From Antedon mediterranea (taxonomy: Eukaryota > Animalia > Echinodermata): 64,000 nt of DNA. The translations under genes and the position numbers were made by a program. Of the stretch, positions 58,614 through 64,000 are shown one piece after another (position 1 is the first letter of the stretch; every line of letters begins with the position of its first letter). Under the pieces are notes generated by a model. The model saw only the letters and a program-made list of their open reading frames with translations. It was not told the origin of the DNA and made no database searches. The stretch covers positions 464,201 through 528,200 of the forward strand of contig NC_092679.1 in NCBI RefSeq assembly GCF_964355755.1, written 5' to 3'.

Positions 58614-61086
58614 CTAGAAATCATTAACTCTTTTTATATATTTTCTCAAATCGGAATCGTTCGGAAATTCTCGACAACCCGAGTTATTATTAGGTTGTCT
58701 AACTTGGTTATATTTCGTCCAATCACCTTTACAAATAATCCACGGAAGAATATCGATTTTATAATGTAATTCTGGTGATATTTTTGAGCTGATTAATTGC
58801 GGCGTCCCGGCTCCAGGCCCACGTGTGATTAACTTGCGATTGTTATTATAGCAACATTGCTGAGATGCTGAGCTTGTGGTATGGTCTGAATGCAGTGATC
58901 TGATACAGTATTTAGCAGTGGGTTTGAATATTTCCAAGTGGTCATCTTCACTACTTGCATCTTCCCAATTAAACCACGTTTCCGATTCCTTATCCAATAT
59001 GGCGTCTAGAAAGTTTGTAGGATAGGTACACGGACAGTTCGGTAAACCTTCAAAGTACGGTGTCAACTGATCTTTGCATTTCATCCACTCTTCACAATTA
59101 TCTTTTTCTGTGAATTATTAAAATAATTCAGGAATTAGTTAGTGACGTCACTGTGAAACATGTATATGGAAATGTAATGTAGGCCTATAATATTTATTAC
59201 AATAATAATTGATTTACGGTAAGTTTAGGTGACATTATATTGCTGCTACTAAGTACAGTATTCAGAAATAAGATATGATAGCCTATTACTGTATGGCCTA
59301 CACATTGTTGAATAAAGTTATAGCAAAGAACGTATGCACAGATAAATAAAACTTGGTTCTCACTCTACGACGCAACTCAGTCCCGTAGGCACAACGCAAT
59401 TGAGTTGACCAACAAGCGACGACAGTTTGGTGATCAGTGTGCGTCGCGCTTACGTCATTGCATCGCGTCCTATGGAAGCTTTAATACGATGTTTATAATC
59501 TCTAAACAATGTTTCTTATTAACCAAAATGCAGTAAATATAATTACTGTACCTGCAACCGTAACAGGAACGGCACTACTTGGTAAGTCCATTGACGATGT
59601 TTCTATAAGAAAAATAAATAAATCATAAATAAAATATGCCTTTGCAGCTATTTGATTTATATTTATATACAAAAAAATTTGTTTTTTTATTACGTATTAT
59701 ATTTTTGTTTTACCCGTCAATGACCTTTTATCAAATAATTATAAACTATTCAAATCTCCTCTAATGGTTTACGTAAACTTTGACAAGGTGGCACTAAACC
59801 TGAAGCGGAACCCTACTCCCCTGAGGGCAGTATATAGATTATATTAATTTCCACAGTCCGGAATTAACTTATGTAATGAAATTTTGTTCTATATGGAAAA
59901 ATTAAATATCCACACATGTATCAATTGCATTATAATGAAATAAAACAAGTTGATGTAGTAGATTACAATGTGATTAGATGGAGGTCACCGTCACTGCTAG
60001 CCTACATCAACCTAATTATGATTGCATTAATGGGTTTACTCTGAAGATTTCAATGCGATATGAGTTGGTATATCATGAGACAGGTGTGCGTACACTTTGT
60101 GTTAACATTTCATCTGTTTCATCCCGTAACACTCTAGAGAACTGATGTTACGTTTGTGTTAAGCTTGATTTGTCCCTGAAGTCACTCACCTGGCTGTCCC
60201 TTAATTCAAAATAAAACGTCTATCTATACACGAATTACACTATGGACAGAAAATACGTAGGTTTGCTAAATGCTAAGAGTCAGCTATAGGCATCCTTTAA
60301 ATTTGTGTAATTTTCGAAAAAGACACCTCTTAAATATTGAAAGCAATTTGCTTACTCAGAATGCCTGTTTAGAAATAAAGTTAAGTTATGTCTACACTAT
60401 CAAATTAGTTTAACAAAAGAAGTGTGATGTACCGAAATCCAAATAGTAGTGATATGCACAAATATGGTAGTGATATCACATCATCATGTCCATTATTATG
60501 AACACATCACATTTTTTGTCATATATTTGATAGTGTAGAGCTTTATTTTACTATTGTTGTTAATGTTGGTCTTTTCCAATAAAGTTCAATATCCCAGCAG
60601 AGGTAGATATTAGTACATTTGGCTTGGTTTTCAGAAAAGTATCCACATTGTGACCTATATAAAACCCAACGATTGATTAACCACATCATTTAAGTGTGGT
60701 TTCAATTAGTGGTAGAATTTTCTTTAAATCGTCTAAACCAGAGTAAATGCGCTGGAGGTTGGGGAGGTTATAATAGCATAACATCAATCAATTTTTATAA
60801 AAATTACAGATCTTGGGTGACAAATATCAAGAATGGAAAAGAAAAAAACACTTGGAAATGTAAATATTAACGGACTTGATCAAGAATTATACGTATGAAA
60901 CGCTATGTGCCACAATGTTTATACTATAGTACGGTATATTATTCTTACCTGGACACGGTTGATAATCACACTCTTGTGTCTCTGATGCAACACATCTAAT
61001 TGAATTGCAGCTCCGTGATCGTTGTCTTAACCCGTGTCCACACGACACTGAGCATGCCGTCCATTCACCCCATGTCTCTTCTTTCC
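58614..61086 (-). CDS. ISM1: Isthmin-like protein (TSP1 + AMOP), last three exons; 5' exons not identified
   Basis: Exons 61086-60949 (WGEWTACSVSCGHGLRQRSRSC, TSP1), 59602-59552 (linker) and 59107-58614 (KDNCEEWMKCK...LPNCPCTYP...AKYCIRS...QQCCY...LITRGPGAGTPQLIS...ELHYKIDILPWIICKGDWTKY, AMOP). All junctions are phase 1 and compatible. Confidence 0.9.
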
Positions 61087-63377
61087 CTAAAAGAATTAGA
61101 TATTATAAATTAGATTTAGATGTTGTATCGTTTGTTAGCATAGGTCATATTATTTTAATCATTTTCTCGTTTTTGTCCAGTTTCCAAATTATATCTAGTT
61201 CTGAGCAGCGCCCTTCTCCGTCGTGCCTCTACACAGGTTGCATTTTGTATATATTCAATTATGCTTTATGTAAGGAATGACTTAGGAACAATTAGCCTAC
61301 AATTGGCCTAATGGAAGCATAGGACATTTGACACCTTGGACGTCGTCAGTCCAGCTGCCTATTGATCCTACTTCATCGTATCGTACACAACACAAATTTT
61401 GTTTCAATATTATTGTTAGATATTGGGTAGCATTCTAGCAATGGTTAAGTCTGGCAATAACCCTCTCGAAATAGTTTACCAAGTGCTTAAAGATTTTACT
61501 TAAATGCTGTGTCTACACAATTCTAAGTGGCTTGTTTGAGTAAGTTTCGTGGGATGTTTGCTAAGTTATTGTACTTGGCATCTTATTTAGTTACATCCAC
61601 AATTCGATAGCCGTGGAAATTGCTTATAAAGTTTATGTCCTATTTCACACAATTAAATAGAAACATTTTACAAATATTGAGAGTGCTTGTTCTCATATAA
61701 TATTGACATATCCTTCAAACTGCAGCCAACTTTCTTAAGGCATGGTAAATACACCAAACTTTCAGAGACGTGTTTATAATTTTTCGTGATTATGTTCATA
61801 TTATGAGCACAGCATACAAGCAATCGCCGGCGTCAGCAGTCCATCTATGTAGACCTAGTTTATATTCGACTAAGTTTAACTAATTTCACAAAATGCAAAC
61901 GTTATAAGATTTTTCTCATTAGAGAAATGACATTCTTCTAAAAATTCATCATCTCTTTCGTAATGTTTCATCAAATCTAAAATATTGTATTTCAGACAAA
62001 ACCATGACGCTTCATTCATGAAGTTTATGTCGACGAATTAAAGAAATAAAGCTTATATATTATAAAGAGCTTCACTTTCATTTTTGATAGGTCACTAGAA
62101 AATGTCAAATATCATCCAAATAATGAGAAAAATTAAGCTATTATAAAATATCATACTTTACTTTTCAACAATAATTAATTGTGAAAAACATGAAAAGTTG
62201 TGACTCAATGGTTAGAGCAGGTTCAACCGGACGTACCTGGTTCCGGTTAGACGACAGTGTGGCGCGTTTTCACGTGAATATCAACTAAATTATTATTTTC
62301 TTACGTCTGATTAAGCTGTAAAAACTACAAAATTAAACGCTGATAAGACTTTATATTGTTCTATTACACTTTTTGTTTGATGTCGAATAAAACAATTTCA
62401 CGCTAAGGAGCGTAAAATCGCTCACACGCTCATGTTCCAAGATTTTCTTGCAAATTAGAATTATGATTTAAATGATGGTAAACATGACTAACGTATTAAT
62501 ACTGTATAACTAGAACTGGATTGATACCAGTGTGTTTGTCAGCACCAGCGCTTGCCATGTAATTACACGTCCAAATACACCTCCATGTAATTATAACCTA
62601 ACCAATCAAAAGTCTAGGACTCTAATAATTATTTGCGCTTTGGGTGCAAAATTGTAAGCTGTGAAATACTAGGTATAGTTAGGTCGATAATAATATTAAC
62701 TCATCTGATATGGGTCGGTGATCAAGGGACCGATTTGGAGGCGGCAGATCATGATTACCGAGATGTATCCGTCGGAATAGATCAAAGTCAAAATGGCCGA
62801 AAAAAATTAAAACTTGCAACCCAAGACAATATTGCTGAATGCTGTCTAAGTTAAAAAGTACTGAAGCGGTATTTGTGGTCAAGTTGCATGGTGTGCTACA
62901 ATATTATACCTATTTGGAATTTAGATGGTTCAGTTCTATTGAAACATTGAATTTGCAGGGCCTACGTGCAATTAATGTAGGATTTTATATACATAATATT
63001 TTATGAAATTACCGATAATTAAACATAATGTGATTATGTTAAAAATGCTTTTAAAAACAGGTCGATGTTTCCAAGACACGCGCGTATCATGACGTAATGA
63101 TACCATTAAATATACCGATATTATTTATCAGCAGTATAACAATTATGTCTAGATAGCCTATAGTTCAACAAATAAAGTGAAATAACAATCAATATCATTG
63201 TTTATTATTGATGACAACACCCACGTAGATTATTATATTTTATAACTGGGATTTGAAAAGGAAATTTCACAATAAATTAAAAATTGGTTGTACAAAATTT
63301 AAATTTGGTAAAGTTATAAATAACAACTGTTTTATTTGTTCGGGTTTGTCATTTGCTTGTATTTGCATTGTATAACT

Positions 63378-64000
63378 GTTACGTTCATGTCTAGAGCGAT
63401 AGTACTACAACGCATATGGTATCATCAGGGAGAACAACTCCCTGGTATCATACCCCATGTCAAATAATAGAACAACTCCCTGGTATCATACCCCATGTCA
63501 AATAATAGTTACGTTCATGTCTTGTATGGTACTATCATCAGGGAGAACAACTCCCTGGTATCATACCCCATGTCAAATAATAGTTACGTTCATGTCTTGT
63601 ATGGTATCATCAGGGAGAACAACTGCCTGGTATCATACCCCATGTCAAATAATAGTTACGTTCATGTCTTGTATGGTATCATCAGGGAGAACAACTCCCT
63701 GGTATCATACCCCATGTCAAATAATAGTTACGTTCATGTCTTGTATGGTATCATCAGGGAGAACAACTCCCTGGTATCATACCCCATGTCAAATAATAGT
63801 TACGTTCATGTCTTGTATGGTATCATCAGGGAGAACAACTCCCTGGTATCATACCCCATGTCAAATAATAGTTACGTTCATGTCTTGTATGGTATCATCA
63901 GGAAGAACAACTCCCTGGTATCATACCCCATGTCAAATAATAGTTACGTTCATGTCTTGTATGGTATCATCAGGGAGAACAACTGCCTGGTATCATACCC
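63378..64000. repeat. 72-bp satellite/minisatellite, >=8 units, runs off the window
   Basis: tatcatcagggagaacaactccctggtatcataccccatgtcaaataatagttacgttcatgtcttgtatgg. Confidence 0.95.

Noticed and set aside
63378-64000. CRISPR-like array or hammerhead array (hairpin repeat, CTGATGA on the minus strand)
   Set aside because: Units are identical with no unique spacers, the context is eukaryotic, and no stem II + GAAA follows CTGATGA.

Overview
AT-rich, intron-rich metazoan genomic DNA, probably from an invertebrate (the taxon cannot be fixed from sequence alone). It is not prokaryotic. Four protein-coding genes are recognisable: (1) the last exon of an EH-domain protein (EHD family, +); (2) a multi-exon axonemal dynein heavy chain of the DNAH14/DNAH6 group (-, ~6.5-42.3 kb); (3) a complete DZANK1 (+, 47.1-54.5 kb), head-to-head with the dynein; (4) the 3' exons of an isthmin-like gene (TSP1+AMOP, -). 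Introns carry many non-autonomous elements: ~19 copies of one Harbinger-like MITE, two TTAA Kolobok-like elements, a Helitron, LINE 3' ends, tRNA-derived SINEs, Penelope-type hammerhead ribozyme motifs, and a 3.3-kb foldback element with ~1.3-kb arms. Most notable: the dynein appears to lack ~280 aa of tail exons at a phase-incompatible junction and has substitutions at normally conserved AAA1 positions. A local duplication creates a candidate in-frame 24-nt microexon. Symmetric TAGGCCTA-palindrome tracts flank the shared promoter of the two ciliary genes. I see no unambiguous new biological system. All calls are by eye, and repeat coordinates are approximate.
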